Made by a program: the position numbers and the translations under genes. From the NCBI GenBank assembly GCA_963786145.1, contig CAWAYB010000002.1:226268-290267 (forward strand): a stretch of 64,000 nt of DNA, given 5' to 3'. Of this stretch, positions 28,503 to 37,294 are shown in pieces (the first letter of the stretch is position 1; the number at the start of each line of letters is the position of its first letter). This stretch comes from an uncultured Chloroflexia bacterium. Lineage in GTDB: Bacteria; Chloroflexota; Anaerolineae; Promineifilales; Promineifilaceae. The notes beneath the pieces were generated by a model. It was not told the origin of the DNA, ran no database searches, and worked only from the letters and a program-made list of their open reading frames with translations.

Positions 28503-29894
28503 ATGGCTGAACCTGGGGAACCCTTAAGCGAGAGAGAGCTTGATGTCCTGCGCTGCGTTTCCCGCGGTGCGTCCAACAAAGAAATCGCTTCCGATCTTTC
28601 AATCAGCGAGAACACGGTCAAAGTACACCTTCGCAACATTTTCGCCAAACTTGAGGTCTCTTCGCGCACCGAAGCGACCACGGCCGCCATCCACCAGCGC
28701 TACATCACTGTGCCGGGGCAGGAGGGCACGGCCGATTTTGAAGACCCAGAACTCGCTTCTCCAACAGAGGTGCCGCCAGGGACATCTGGGCCCGCAGCCG
28801 ACCCACTGCTTCAAACCGCTGGTCCTCAAAGTGACAATGCTTCCTCCGGTTCAATGTGGCGCAATCTGGTCGTTTCAGCCTTGCTGCTCACGTTTATCGC
28901 CATCGCCGCCTTGGTAGGTTGGCAGATGCTGCAGCAAAACCAAGTCTCTGCAACACCCGAGCTTTTCGCCGAATCGCCCATTGAGAATACACGCTGGCTG
29001 CGAAGCAGGCCCATGCGCGAGGGACGTGCGGATATGGCGGTGGCTTCGGTAGGCCTGGATGTCTACCAGATTGGCGGGGAGACCGCCAACGGCGTGGATG
29101 GCGTCGTGCGTGCTTTCAACAGCCGCGACCTAACCTGGCGAGATATGGCTGGCAAACCTACCCCCGTGGCCGGTGCCAGCGCTGCTGAACTATACGGCGA
29201 GATTTATGTGCCTGGTGGACGACTGGCTACTGGCGAGCTTTCAGCCGCGGTTGAAGCATACAGCCCCGCCCAAAACGCCTGGCGCCCAATCGCCGCCTTG
29301 CCAAGTCCCTTGACAGACAGCCTCACGCTGAGCGATGGATCGTTCTTGTACGTCCTTGGGGGCTATGATGGAGACACGTTTCTAGACACGGGGTATGTAT
29401 ATGATCCCGCCGCTGACAGTTGGCGTCCTTTGCCACCGCTGCCCACTGCTCGCGCTTTTGCCTCGGGCGGTACACTGACTGGGCAGCTTTACGTGGTAGG
29501 TGGTCAAAATGAAAACGGTGCCTTGGCCGACTGCCAGCGTTATGATCCAGCCGCTGAGGCTTGGAGCGACTGTCCTCCGTTGCTGGCTGCCCGATCCTCC
29601 GCAGGATCGGCTGTTCTGCTCAATCGCCTCTATATTATCGGGGGTAGTGCAGAAGGAGACGGCGTGACCTTCAGTGAAATGTATGATCCCACCACCGCTA
29701 CCTGGCAAGTGATTAACACCCCTTCGCTCGCTGAAGCAGCGGGCTGGCCCGACCTCGGGGTTGGGCAGGTGGAAACGCGCATCTATGCCCTCGGTGGGCG
29801 ACAGGACGAAGTTCTTTTGGATACCACTTTCGTCTTTGCGCCCCTGGTCTATCAGACCTATATTCCCGCTGCTTCTTCGGCCGACAACGAATAA
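28503..29894 (+). CDS. Membrane-spanning one-component regulator: N-terminal LuxR-type HTH, one TM helix, extracytoplasmic Kelch-repeat beta-propeller
   Basis: HTH: LSERELDVLRCVSRGASNKEIASDLSISENTVKVHLRNIFAKLEV. TM helix: WRNLVVSALLLTFIAIAALVGW. Then ~6 Kelch-like repeats (LYVxGG / IYxxGG with W-R/W-Q pairs). Confidence 0.7.
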   Translation: MAEPGEPLSERELDVLRCVSRGASNKEIASDLSISENTVKVHLRNIFAKLEVSSRTEATTAAIHQRYITVPGQEGTADFEDPELASPTEVPPGTSGPAADPLLQTAGPQSDNASSGSMWRNLVVSALLLTFIAIAALVGWQMLQQNQVSATPELFAESPIENTRWLRSRPMREGRADMAVASVGLDVYQIGGETANGVDGVVRAFNSRDLTWRDMAGKPTPVAGASAAELYGEIYVPGGRLATGELSAAVEAYSPAQNAWRPIAALPSPLTDSLTLSDGSFLYVLGGYDGDTFLDTGYVYDPAADSWRPLPPLPTARAFASGGTLTGQLYVVGGQNENGALADCQRYDPAAEAWSDCPPLLAARSSAGSAVLLNRLYIIGGSAEGDGVTFSEMYDPTTATWQVINTPSLAEAAGWPDLGVGQVETRIYALGGRQDEVLLDTTFVFAPLVYQTYIPAASSADNE

Positions 29895-29933
29895 AGCAGA
29901 TCCGCCAGCTTAGAACCTGGCTAACCGATAACC

Positions 29934-30284
29934 CTAGATCGGGCCCAAATCGACAGGAGTGCCGCGTTTCTCCACTACCTCATCAAATGAATCTGCATAG
30001 TACCAGGTCAAAAGCTTGGCATCTGACCAGGGCTTTAGCGCCGCCATGAGCTTCATGCCTACTGCGGAAGTGATCGACAATTGAAAACTTCGCTCCGTGG
30101 CAAAGTAGAGCGAAAAAGCCATATGGAAACGTGAATCACCACCCGGCTTACCTTTGATCCGACTGACTTCTCGTCTCACCAATCCCGGCAGCTGCTCCGC
30201 CAAGGGCAAATGAACAGTAGAAAAAAAGTTCTCTAGCGCTTCTTCGTCATCAACCCGGTAGTAGATGGTAGTAAATTCAAACAC
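29934..30284 (-). CDS. EthD-family protein
   Basis: 116-aa ORF. The pattern TTIYYRVDDEEALENFFSTVHLPLAEQLPGLVRREVSRI matches the EthD/TIGR02118-type alpha+beta barrel family from memory. Confidence 0.6.
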   Translation of the reverse strand: MFEFTTIYYRVDDEEALENFFSTVHLPLAEQLPGLVRREVSRIKGKPGGDSRFHMAFSLYFATERSFQLSITSAVGMKLMAALKPWSDAKLLTWYYADSFDEVVEKRGTPVDLGPI

Positions 30285-30302
30285 GATCGAATTCCAGCTT
30301 TG

Positions 30303-32162
30303 CTACTCCTGGACAGCAGAAGCCGGCCAGAGCAGCACCAGTTTTTCAATCAGTGCCGTGCGGCTCGCCTGGTACGTATCTTCATCCAGTCTGCCCGCTT
30401 CATAGGCATCGTCCAGCTCAGCAACCGCAACCAGCAGTTCGTTGATTTCGCTCGGGGATTTCTCGACTTCCTCTTCTCGCCAGCTGCGCAGTGTATAGGC
30501 CGCGCCGCCCACCGCAAGCAAGAAGATCGCTCCGCCAAACAAGAGCGCGGCCGTATCATTCATACCGCCTACTGCCCCACTACCGCCCACCGTCGCCGCT
30601 GCCGGTGCCGCAGGGCGGCCGCTCAGCTCAAATCGTATCGTATCTCCCGCCGTCAATCCCGGCCGCGCATAGCTTGTCACCGTTCCCGCGTTGCCCATCT
30701 GCTGTGTGCCTTGGCTGGTCCAACCTTCCCCTTGCAGTTCTACACCCGTATCCGGCATCACTACCGTGGCATTGGCCGTCTCGTAGAAGACCGGGTGCTC
30801 CAGGACCATCCCGTCCTCATATGGCAGATCATACGTCACCAGCAAATTCATCGCCCCATCCCCAGGCCGGATCGGCACTGTGTCTGCATATCCTTCTCCT
30901 ACAGGAATCACTTCCGTCGCGGGCAAAAAGCTCTCGAAGGATCGAAAAGAGCGCTGGAACTCGACATTTTCCGCGCCCGAGGGTAAACGGATTTCCAGGG
31001 TGCCTTCATCCGACACCCCGGATTTGCCAATAAAGACGGCCGGGTCCCGGTTGCTAAGCACATAAATCTCACTGACCAGGACACGTTCGCCGGCAAAATC
31101 CAGCAGCATATGCACCTGGTCAATATTCACCGCAGTGGGATCGCTCGTCGTCTCATAAACCGTGATCGGCATGTCAAGTTCAGGATCACGCCTCTCCAGA
31201 CGATCGGGATTGCTGCTGAAGTTCAGGTCGTTGAACTCCGTACTTGCCAGATAAACCCAGTCCGGCGAAACGCCCGTCAGGTCAAAGCTGAAACGGCCAT
31301 CCGGACCAATTTCCGCCGTCATCGTATCCGCTTGCTGTAAATCCGATGTGAAGGCACGCAAAAGCACTGTTCCCGCTGTAAGCGCCTCACCGGTCGAACC
31401 ATTGACGACCAGCCCCCCGATACGTGCGGCCTCAATCGGCGCGGCCGCCGCCTGCGGGTCGACATAAAAATAGCTGAACGTGCGCGCATAATCGGTTACA
31501 TCCCACAGGGCATCTTCATCTAGATCATAATCATGATCTACAACCGCCGGGTCTTGCATTCCCGCGAACACCATTTCATTGCTGCGATTAGACCAGTAGC
31601 GCAGGTCAGAAAGATCAGTAGGCGGCGCCGAGGAGGACGCTGCCTCCGGACCATCTCCCGCTCCCATCTGGCCGTGACAGCTAAGGCAGTTTTCTTCATA
31701 TACGGCCGTTCCGCGAGCCAACGCCTCCGGTGCCGTTCCCAGACTGTACACCGCCGCTACCAGATCCCACTGATCGGCCGGAGCAATAGGATTGCTGCTC
31801 GCCGGTCCAAACGGCGGCATCCCCGCGTCCAGGCGACCCTCGTTGATCGTCTGGAACATCGTCGCCGGAAGTGCGGCCCGTAAATACGCTGGATCCGTGA
31901 AATTGCGTGGTGGCTTGGGTAAATTGGCTGTCAATTCGCCATCACCCTGGCCGGCGGGCCCATGGCAATTCGCGCAGCGGTCGGCAAAGAGAGGCAGTCC
32001 ATTCTCGGCATCAGGCTTGGCCGGCGGTTCCAATGGTTCCTGAGCTGCAGCGCGGCCGTTTATCGCCAGCGCCAAGGCAAAAGATACACATAATAGGGCG
32101 AGCAGAAGGAAGGTGCGCTGCGAAGTAGTGCGCCGCGCTTCGTTGATCTCGTTATTCATCAT
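30303..32162 (-). CDS. Membrane-anchored dihaem cytochrome c fused to a large beta-rich extracytoplasmic domain
   Basis: Signal peptide, two class-I-like haem sites (CANCHGPAGQGDG, CLSCHGQMGAGDG with distal MPPF), ~350 aa of beta-rich sequence, a TM helix and a short cytoplasmic helix. Last gene of the ccm operon. Confidence 0.7.
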   Translation of the reverse strand: MMNNEINEARRTTSQRTFLLLALLCVSFALALAINGRAAAQEPLEPPAKPDAENGLPLFADRCANCHGPAGQGDGELTANLPKPPRNFTDPAYLRAALPATMFQTINEGRLDAGMPPFGPASSNPIAPADQWDLVAAVYSLGTAPEALARGTAVYEENCLSCHGQMGAGDGPEAASSSAPPTDLSDLRYWSNRSNEMVFAGMQDPAVVDHDYDLDEDALWDVTDYARTFSYFYVDPQAAAAPIEAARIGGLVVNGSTGEALTAGTVLLRAFTSDLQQADTMTAEIGPDGRFSFDLTGVSPDWVYLASTEFNDLNFSSNPDRLERRDPELDMPITVYETTSDPTAVNIDQVHMLLDFAGERVLVSEIYVLSNRDPAVFIGKSGVSDEGTLEIRLPSGAENVEFQRSFRSFESFLPATEVIPVGEGYADTVPIRPGDGAMNLLVTYDLPYEDGMVLEHPVFYETANATVVMPDTGVELQGEGWTSQGTQQMGNAGTVTSYARPGLTAGDTIRFELSGRPAAPAAATVGGSGAVGGMNDTAALLFGGAIFLLAVGGAAYTLRSWREEEVEKSPSEINELLVAVAELDDAYEAGRLDEDTYQASRTALIEKLVLLWPASAVQE

Positions 32163-32171
32163 AGGTTGGCG

Positions 32172-32711
32172 CTACGTGGTCGGTTGGGGAAGAGGGACAG
32201 GATGGCCGCAGCGCGCGCAGAAGCGATCTCCCTGATCAAGCTCCTGGCCACAGGTTGTGCAATAGCCACCACGGCCGTTGCTGCCCGCCGGCACGACCCC
32301 CGGGCTGGGCGCCGGACGGCTCCGCAAAGCGACAATCGCTTCATTGATCTGCGCGATAACGTCGGCTCCTGCAGTAGCTTCCGGTAGCTCATCCAGCTTC
32401 TTGAGCGTGTCCGCGGCCTGTTCCATCAGGAAAACTCGCTGCAATTCATAGACTTCCTGCGGAATCTTGTTCGTTTCATAATCAAAATCGAGAGCCCGAA
32501 TCTGATCCAGGATCGCCGCTTTCTGATCAAGCAGCTGTTCTCGCGGCGTGAGCGGCCTGGCTTCAGCCGGCGCGGGCCGCAATAACGGCCGTGCAACTAC
32601 CATAATAACGATGACCAGCAGCGCCAGTCCAACTAAAAGAGAAGCGACCGTTAAGAGAGACATAAAGATACCAGCTAGCGGCTCCAAGCCCGAAGGCAGG
32701 GGCTCACCCAA
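32172..32711 (-). CDS. Membrane protein with cytoplasmic helical segment and C-terminal zinc ribbon (possible CcmI-like accessory protein)
   Basis: N-terminal TM, then LLDQKAAILDQIRALDFDYETNKIPQEVYELQRVFL, and a C-terminal CTTCGQELDQGDRFCARCG ribbon. Sits inside the ccm operon. Confidence 0.45.
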   Translation of the reverse strand: MGEPLPSGLEPLAGIFMSLLTVASLLVGLALLVIVIMVVARPLLRPAPAEARPLTPREQLLDQKAAILDQIRALDFDYETNKIPQEVYELQRVFLMEQAADTLKKLDELPEATAGADVIAQINEAIVALRSRPAPSPGVVPAGSNGRGGYCTTCGQELDQGDRFCARCGHPVPLPQPTT

Positions 32712-32726
32712 CTATCTATGGGGAGG

Positions 32727-33317
32727 CTACCCACCTTCCTGCAAGAGGCGCTGGATAACACCATTCAACATTGTTTCATTCAGCGGCCCGATCTGTACAT
32801 GCCCGATAACGCCATCTTTGCCGATGAAGAATGTCTCCGGCACGCCCGTGATTTCGTAACTATCAGAAATGTCTGTGCCCAGGTCAGGCCCATTGGGGTA
32901 ACTGATGCCAAACTCCTTCATATAGGCAATCGAGTTCGGCTCCACATCTGCGTAGGCGACGCCGAGAAAGATCACATCATCATTCTGATACTGCCGCCAC
33001 GCATTCTCAATCAATTCAGCTTCCAGGCGGCATTCTACACACCACGCCGCCCAGAAATTCAAGACCACGACATTGCCACGCATATCCGAGAGGTTTGCAG
33101 CAGGCATATCTTGCCAGGTATAGCCATCAAAGAATTCGATGTCGAAGTCCGGCGCGGGCTGACCCGCCTCAGGGCGTGTTGCATTTGTCCGAATCAGCGC
33201 CCAGCCCAGGAGTGCCAGCAAGGTCAACAGAGACGCCCAGAGTAACACAGTCCCCCAACGAATTCCACCTGCTTTGCCTGTCTCAGCAGGCACCGGCGTT
33301 TGGGTCATTTCACTCAT
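32727..33317 (-). CDS. ccmG: TlpA/ResA/CcmG-type thiol:disulfide oxidoreductase (cytochrome c maturation thioredoxin)
   Basis: TM anchor plus a thioredoxin fold with VVVLNFWAAWCVECRLE (WCxxC). The start MSEMTQ overlaps the ccmH stop (ATGAGTGA). Confidence 0.8.
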   Translation of the reverse strand: MSEMTQTPVPAETGKAGGIRWGTVLLWASLLTLLALLGWALIRTNATRPEAGQPAPDFDIEFFDGYTWQDMPAANLSDMRGNVVVLNFWAAWCVECRLEAELIENAWRQYQNDDVIFLGVAYADVEPNSIAYMKEFGISYPNGPDLGTDISDSYEITGVPETFFIGKDGVIGHVQIGPLNETMLNGVIQRLLQEGG

Positions 33318-33831
33318 CTTTTTTACCGAGTTCATCCTCAATTCGCGCCAGATAGTCATCTGCGGCCAAAGGGGTATTTTGCTTCGTCTGCACGGCCGGC
33401 GCATCTGTGAACACGGCCGTTCCCTCCGCGCTCGCCGGTACCGCGCTCAGCCTGCGCATGGCCACGCTAAACAATAGCGCCCCTAACAGAATGACAACTA
33501 CCGGCAGGATCCACAACATTACCAGACTGATCCCGCGTCGCGGCGGATTCGCCAGCACACCGTCCCCATATTGGCGGCCGAAATAATCAAAGATTTCTTG
33601 TTTGCTCTGACCTTCCGCCAGCTTTGTACGAATCAATTCGCGCCAATCTGCGCAGGCCTGCGTCTGGCACACATCCAGGGGCGTGCTCTCGCAAACGGGG
33701 CAGTACACATCTCGCGCGATCTCGTTGACCTCATCATCGGTCACATTGTTATCCTGGGCCAACGCCGGCAGGGCAACCGCGGTTGTCAAGAGCATTGCCA
33801 GGAGAAGTATGCGCAGTAGTCTGGACATCAT
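33310..33831 (-). CDS. ccmH: Cytochrome c-type biogenesis protein CcmH/NrfF-like
   Basis: Signal peptide; CxxC motif in VYCPVCESTPLDVC; then IRTKLAEGQSKQEIFDYFGRQYGDGVLANPP and a TM helix. Confidence 0.8.
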   Translation of the reverse strand: MMSRLLRILLLAMLLTTAVALPALAQDNNVTDDEVNEIARDVYCPVCESTPLDVCQTQACADWRELIRTKLAEGQSKQEIFDYFGRQYGDGVLANPPRRGISLVMLWILPVVVILLGALLFSVAMRRLSAVPASAEGTAVFTDAPAVQTKQNTPLAADDYLARIEDELGKKDE

Positions 33832-33913
33832 CCTATCACTTCAGAAGCAGCAAAGACAACGCCATGCCCCGCACAGCGCTGCCTTCCTGCAAGCACTCTT
33901 CGTCCTACCGGGA

Positions 33914-35912
33914 TCAATCCGCCGCACCCAGCGCGGTACGGCGGGGATCCAGTACCAGCACCTTCTCCTCGCGTCGATCAGGCCAGGCAGCAATTAACGT
34001 GCCAATGACAAAGACGACGCCGCCCGCCCAGATCCAGTTAATCAACGGATTCAGATAAGCGCGGAACGTAGCTTGATTCGGTGTCAAAGGCTCCCAGTCA
34101 ACGAGCAGGACATAGAAGTCCTCCGTCACTGTCGAAACCGAGTCAGGAATCGTCATCGGCTGCATCGTGCGCGTATACAATTCCGAGCGTGGGCGCAGGG
34201 TCTCCACCAGACGGCCGTCTTTGTACACTTCGGCCGTTGCTTCGGTAATCATCAGATCGTCAAGGCCCGCGAAGCGGTCCACGGTATTGAACACCATCTG
34301 ATACTCACCCAGGGTGAGCGACTCACCGCTCTGCAAACGGATCTGGGTCTCTTGCTGGAACAGCTCCGTGCCAATGATCCCAAAGGCCATGATCAGCACG
34401 CCGATATGAATCCAGTAACCGCCATAGCGCTGCCGATTACGGGCCAGCAAGTTCATGTACGCTTCCCAGGGCCCCTCTCCACGGCGCATACGTGCTCGCG
34501 TACCTTTCCAGAACTCCAGCAGTGTCAGAATGGCTGAGAAGCCCACGATCCAGAAACCCAGTAACGCCCCCCAACTGCGCATGCCGAAGGCAAAGAGCAC
34601 AGCCACGAACAACGTTGCAACCAGCGCCGGCCATCGTACTCCCATCTCAATACGCTTCGCGCTGGAGCGATACCACATAGTCAAAGGCGCAACGCCCATC
34701 AACAAGAGCAGGAGCGCAAATAACGGCGCCAGCGCACGCTCATAGACGGGCGGTCCCACGAACCCTTTTTCCCCGGTAAACAGCTCGGAGATAATTGGGT
34801 AGTAAGTGAAAATAAAGACCACAGCCAGAATAGCAATGATCAGGAAGTTGTTGTACAAAAAGGCTGCTTCGCGGGAAGCCATCGACTCGATATGATTCTC
34901 AGAAGCGAGGTCCGCACGCCGCTTGCTCATCCAGTAGGCCGACAGCACAAACATGAACGCGATAAAGCCAAAGAACAAGGGACCGATCGCTGATTGTGCA
35001 AACGAGTGCACAGAAGAGATCACACCACTGCGCACCACAAACGTGCCCAGAATAACCAGACTATAGGTCAGGATAATCAGGAACATATTCCAGGTCTTGA
35101 ACATGTCTCGCTTTTCCTGAATCATCACCGAATGCAGGAAAGCGGTACCGGCGAGCCACGGCATTAGCGAAGCGTTCTCCACTGGGTCCCAGCCCCAATA
35201 ACCACCCCAGCCCAGGACATCATAGGCCCAACGTCCCCCAAGGATCAAACCCAAGCTCAAGAATAACCAGGCAACCAGCGTCCAGCGGCGGGTCGTCAAG
35301 ATCCAGCTATCATCGAGTCTGTTGGCCATTAGCGCGGCCATGGCAAAGGCATAGGGAATCGTGAACCCGACAAAGCCCAGATAAAGCATGGGCGGATGAA
35401 TGATCATCCCTGGATGGCGAAGCAGAGGGTTGAGGCCGTTGCCATCGGGTGGGACCACATCCAGCCGAGCAAAGGGAGTCTCGATGAAAACGACCAAGAA
35501 GAGGAAGAAGATTTGCGTCAGGCTGGCAACCATCAACGCGTAGGGCATCAACTCACGCTGTTCATCCCATTTGCGGGCCATGGCCGCGGCCGTAAAAGCC
35601 GCAAGCAGCAAGTTCCAGAACAGCAGTGAACCCGCTTGCCCACCCCACAAGCGCAGTTACTTTGAGATAGGCCGGCATATCAATACTACTGACACGCCAT
35701 ACATATTCAATGGAGAAGTCACTCCGCAGCAGCGAGATTACCAGCAGGAGACAGGCTGTGAAAACAAGCGGGAAGACAACAATCGTCGCATTCCGTGCGC
35801 TTTCCACCCAGGCGACCTGACCGGTCCGCTGTCCGTACCATGCTGCCACCACTGAAAAGATGGCACACAGGAAGGCCAGGACTAAGGCAAAATTGCCGAT
35901 ATCAGCCAGCAT
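33914..35912 (-). pseudogene. ccmF: Cytochrome c haem lyase CcmF, reading frame broken by an apparent single-nucleotide frameshift near 35643-35651 (pseudogene or sequence error)
   Basis: ORF 35562..35912 gives the CcmF N-terminus up to ...PAYLKVTAL. ORF 33914..35650 continues in another frame with WGGQAGSLLFW... and the rest of CcmF. The junction sequence on the coding strand is GCGCTTGTGGGGTGGG. Confidence 0.8.
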
Positions 35913-36409
35913 TATACTTCCGGCTCCATCTCCTCATAACGAGTCGGGCACTTCAGCATAAGACCGCCAGGGATAGAGGTAAACACGCCGTTTTCATCTC
36001 CACGTCCTTCAACCAGCGCCTGAGCCTGATGCTGTAGCAGATCAGGTTTCGGCTCATTGAGGACGACGACATGCAGCTTCTGTTCCGGCCGGGCATAGTC
36101 GTCGACAATATCAAACTCAAGCCGCGAATTCATCGCATCAATCTGGGTATACTGGATGGAGTCGCCCAGGACCCAGCCCGCCACACGCAAGTCGCGTCCA
36201 GCTAGGCGCGATTTATCGGCGTAGAACTCATCGACTGTCTTATACAACTGCGTGCTGCCGCTCATGGCATTCACAACCAGGAACGCAATGGCTGCAATCA
36301 GAACAGCACCGCCGATGATAAACTTCAACCGGCTGTTTTTGCTCGTTTGCGTTACGTCACTTTTTTGCGTCTTTGTCCACGATGCCTGTGTCATAACGTT
36401 CTCCTTCAC
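35912..36409 (-). CDS. ccmE: Cytochrome c maturation haem chaperone CcmE, CxxxY variant
   Basis: N-terminal TM anchor and an OB-fold core (LRVAGWV...VVLNEPKPDLL...EGRGDENGVF). The haem-binding position reads LKCPTRY instead of the usual H-x-x-x-Y. Confidence 0.8.
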   Translation of the reverse strand: MKENVMTQASWTKTQKSDVTQTSKNSRLKFIIGGAVLIAAIAFLVVNAMSGSTQLYKTVDEFYADKSRLAGRDLRVAGWVLGDSIQYTQIDAMNSRLEFDIVDDYARPEQKLHVVVLNEPKPDLLQHQAQALVEGRGDENGVFTSIPGGLMLKCPTRYEEMEPEV

Positions 36410-36924
36410 TCTGGGTTTCAGATTACCGGGACCGGGTGAGTACGCGCAGGATGATAAGATTCACAAGTGATTTCCATCGCCACCTTCTCTACGAGCCAAT
36501 GAAACCGGCCGTGTACGAGCAGGTTGCGGGAAAAGCCTGGTGGTAGTCAGGATTAAACTAACTACCTGTCCATACAGAGTCACCCAGCAACCGGAGCGGT
36601 TTACTGAAGGCATGCTCTGCAGGGCACACCTCGTGCGGATTATAGCGATTTCCAGCGATTGTCAATTCGCGTCTCATGCTGTTTTCAACAGCGGTCCATC
36701 CGTAACGCTTCCGATTATAGACCACATCTGCATGATTGCCAGCGTCATTCTACACCCTTTTGGCATGACTTTCATCACCAAGCCACGCCACGACGTCGAG
36801 AAGCTGTGGATAAAGAGAACGCAAGGATCCTCCACTCTCAAAGCCCTGACCCTGACCTAAGGAAGGACAGGCCCAGGGCGGCAAGAGGGTGGGGTGGCGG
36901 TGCTGAATTGGGCCGAGCGAGGGT

Positions 36925-36965
36925 GTGATCGAATTGTTTCGTTTTTGGAGAAACAATTCGATCAC
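36925..36965. repeat. Perfect 16-bp inverted repeat (hairpin/palindrome) in a long non-coding gap
   Basis: GTGATCGAATTGTTTC (36925-36940), a 9-nt spacer GTTTTTGGA, then GAAACAATTCGATCAC (36950-36965). No adjacent U-tract. Confidence 0.9.
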
Positions 36966-37294
36966 CTTGACATAATGTTTTTGATGGCCGGTTTTGAGTG
37001 GCCAATGGGCAAGGGAAAACCCACAACGATGGCGCTGCGTGCTGCGGGCCAGCGCGAAGACTTCGGAGGCGTCCAGGTTTAAGGACGATCAGGCCACAAG
37101 GCTTTTCCATTCTCAGAATCTCTTTTGGCTATACACCACAGAAAGCATACTTCGCGCGGCAGTATAACACTACTTTTCAGCAGCCTGCCGCTGCTCGTCC
37201 ATTCCCCACGATCCAAACATGCTATACTTACTGGCACTATTTCATGCGCAGAGGAGGCGGTCGCACGGAGCGTGTTCACCGCTGAGGAAACGGG

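Noticed and set aside
36540-37285. Short ORFs in the ccmE/DinB gap (36540..36860, 36659..36928, 36838..37110 minus, 36998..37285)
   Set aside because: They overlap one another, lack an SD sequence, show no family resemblance I could defend, and one frame is visibly interrupted. I reported the gap as a finding instead of calling genes.
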